A DNA stretch of 64,000 nucleotides from the NCBI RefSeq assembly GCF_016432865.1, contig NC_067399.1:589186001-589250000 (forward strand), read 5' to 3'. Source of the DNA: Antechinus flavipes (Eukaryota). Positions 62,521 through 64,000 of this stretch are shown here, in pieces (positions within the stretch are counted from its first letter, which is position 1; each line of letters opens with the position of its first letter). The notes beneath the pieces were generated by a model, which saw only the letters and a program-made list of their open reading frames with translations, was not told where the DNA came from and searched no databases. A program made the position numbers and the translations under genes.

Positions 62521-64000
62521 GATTTTTATTTTTATTTTTTAATAACTTTTTATTGACAGTACATACACGGGTAATTTTTTACAACAGTATCTCTTGCACT
62601 CACTTCTGTTATGACTTTTCCCTTTCCTCCTTCCACCCCCTCCCCTAGATGGCAGGCAGTCTTATACATGTTAAATATGTTATAGTCTATCTTGGATACA
62701 ATATATGCATGCAGAACCTTACAGTTCTCTTGTTGCACAGGAAGAATTGGATTCAGAAGGTAAAAATAACTTGGGAAGAAAAACAAAAATGCAAGTAGTC
62801 TAAATTCAATTCCCAGTGTTCCTTCTCTGGGTATAGCTGATTCTGCCCATCATTGATCAATTGAAACTGAATTAGATCTTCTCTTTGTCAAAGATATCCA
62901 CTTCCATCAGAACTGATCCTCATGTAGTATTATTGTTGAAGTGTATAATGATCTCCTGGTTCTGTTCATTTCACTCAGCATCAGTTCATGTAAGTCTCTC
63001 CAAGCCTCTCTGTATTCATCCTGCTGGTCATTTCTTACAGAACAATATTATTCCATAACATTCATATACCACAATTTACCCAACCATTCTCCAATTGATG
63101 GGCCTCCATTCATTTTCCAGTTTCTAGCCATTACAAACAGGGCTGCCACAAACATTTTGGCACATACAGGTCTCTTTCGCTTCTTTAGTATCTCTTTGGG
63201 GTATAAGCCCAATAGAAACACTGCTGGATCAAAGGGGATGCACAGATTGATAACTTTTTGGACATAATTCCAGATTGCTCTCCAGAATGGTTGGATTCAT
63301 TCACAACTCCACCAACAATGCACCAATGTCCCAGTTTTCCCACATCCCCTCCAACATTCATCATTATTTTTTCCTGTCATCTTAACCAATCTGACAGGTG
63401 TGTAGTGGTATCTCACAGTTGTCTTAATGTGCATTTCTCTGATCAATAGTGACTTGAAACACTCTTTCATATGAGTGGAAATCATCATCTGAAAATTGTT
63501 CATATCCTTTGACCGTTTATCAATTGGAGAATGGCTTGATTTCTTATAAATCAGAGTCAATTCTCTATATATTTTGGAAATGAGGCCTTTATCAGCCTTT
63601 AACTGTAAAAATGTTTTCCCAGTTTGTTGCTTCTCTTCTAATCTTGTTTGCATTAATTTTGTTTGTACAAAGGCTTTTTAATTTGATATAATCAAAATTT
63701 TCTATTTTGTGATCAATAATGATTGTCTTTAGTCACAAATTCCTTCCTCCTCCACAAGTCTGAGGTCTGAGAGGTAAACTATCCTATGTTCCTCTAATTT
63801 ATTTATAATCTTGTTCTTTATGCCTAAATCATGGGCCCATTTTGATCTTAGTGTACAGTGTTAACTGTGGGTCCATACGAATTTCCAGTTTTCCAGGAGT
63901 TTTTCTCAAATAATGAATTCTTATCCCAAAAGTTGGGATCTTTGGGTTTGTCAAACACTAGATTGCTATAGTTATTGACTATTTTGTCCTGTGAACTTAA
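62521..64000 (-). mobile_element. L1 3' portion of the same lineage as the intact L1, decayed; runs off the window edge
   Basis: 3' UTR and ORF2 C-terminus collinear with 33180-34690 ([19 protein letters not shown]), with indels and frameshifts. Confidence 0.92.

Noticed and set aside
1-64000. CRISPR arrays, tRNA/rRNA genes, operon-like or defence systems
   Set aside because: No repeat-spacer arrays or structured RNA genes were seen. The DNA is mammalian, and the remaining short ORFs are explained by repeats or chance.

Overview
Marsupial genomic DNA, probably an Australian lineage, judged from WSINE1/MAR1-type SINEs, BovB and a marsupial L1. Two N gaps lie at 16371-16498 and 25036-25276. 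The only intact host gene is the intronless alpha-2A adrenergic receptor ADRA2A (7729-9045, +). It has a TATA/GC-box promoter near 6520-6611, a ~1.1 kb leader carrying uORFs and a G-quadruplex motif, and a ~1.65 kb 3' UTR. The ~53 kb downstream is a repeat-rich gene desert. It holds: (i) a full-length L1 with both ORFs intact and a 17-bp target-site duplication (33163-39615, -), nested in an older rearranged L1; (ii) a 5'-truncated L1 with an apparent 3' transduction (49732-50807); (iii) an internally deleted L1 with both ends (14910-18617); (iv) a BovB/RTE fragment; (v) a decayed processed pseudogene of cytosolic SHMT1 (58597-59869, -) that the ORF track shows only in pieces; (vi) two LTR-like inserts plus many CORE-SINE, L2 and L3 relics. 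I see no CRISPR array, tRNA/rRNA gene or multi-gene novel system. The best leads are the potentially active L1, the 3' transduction, the translational-control architecture of the ADRA2A leader, a vicinal Cys-Cys in ADRA2A ECL3, and a CRE/NF-Y/ETS/GATA motif cluster at ~45.8 kb. Repeat family names come from recognition by eye, not from a database search.
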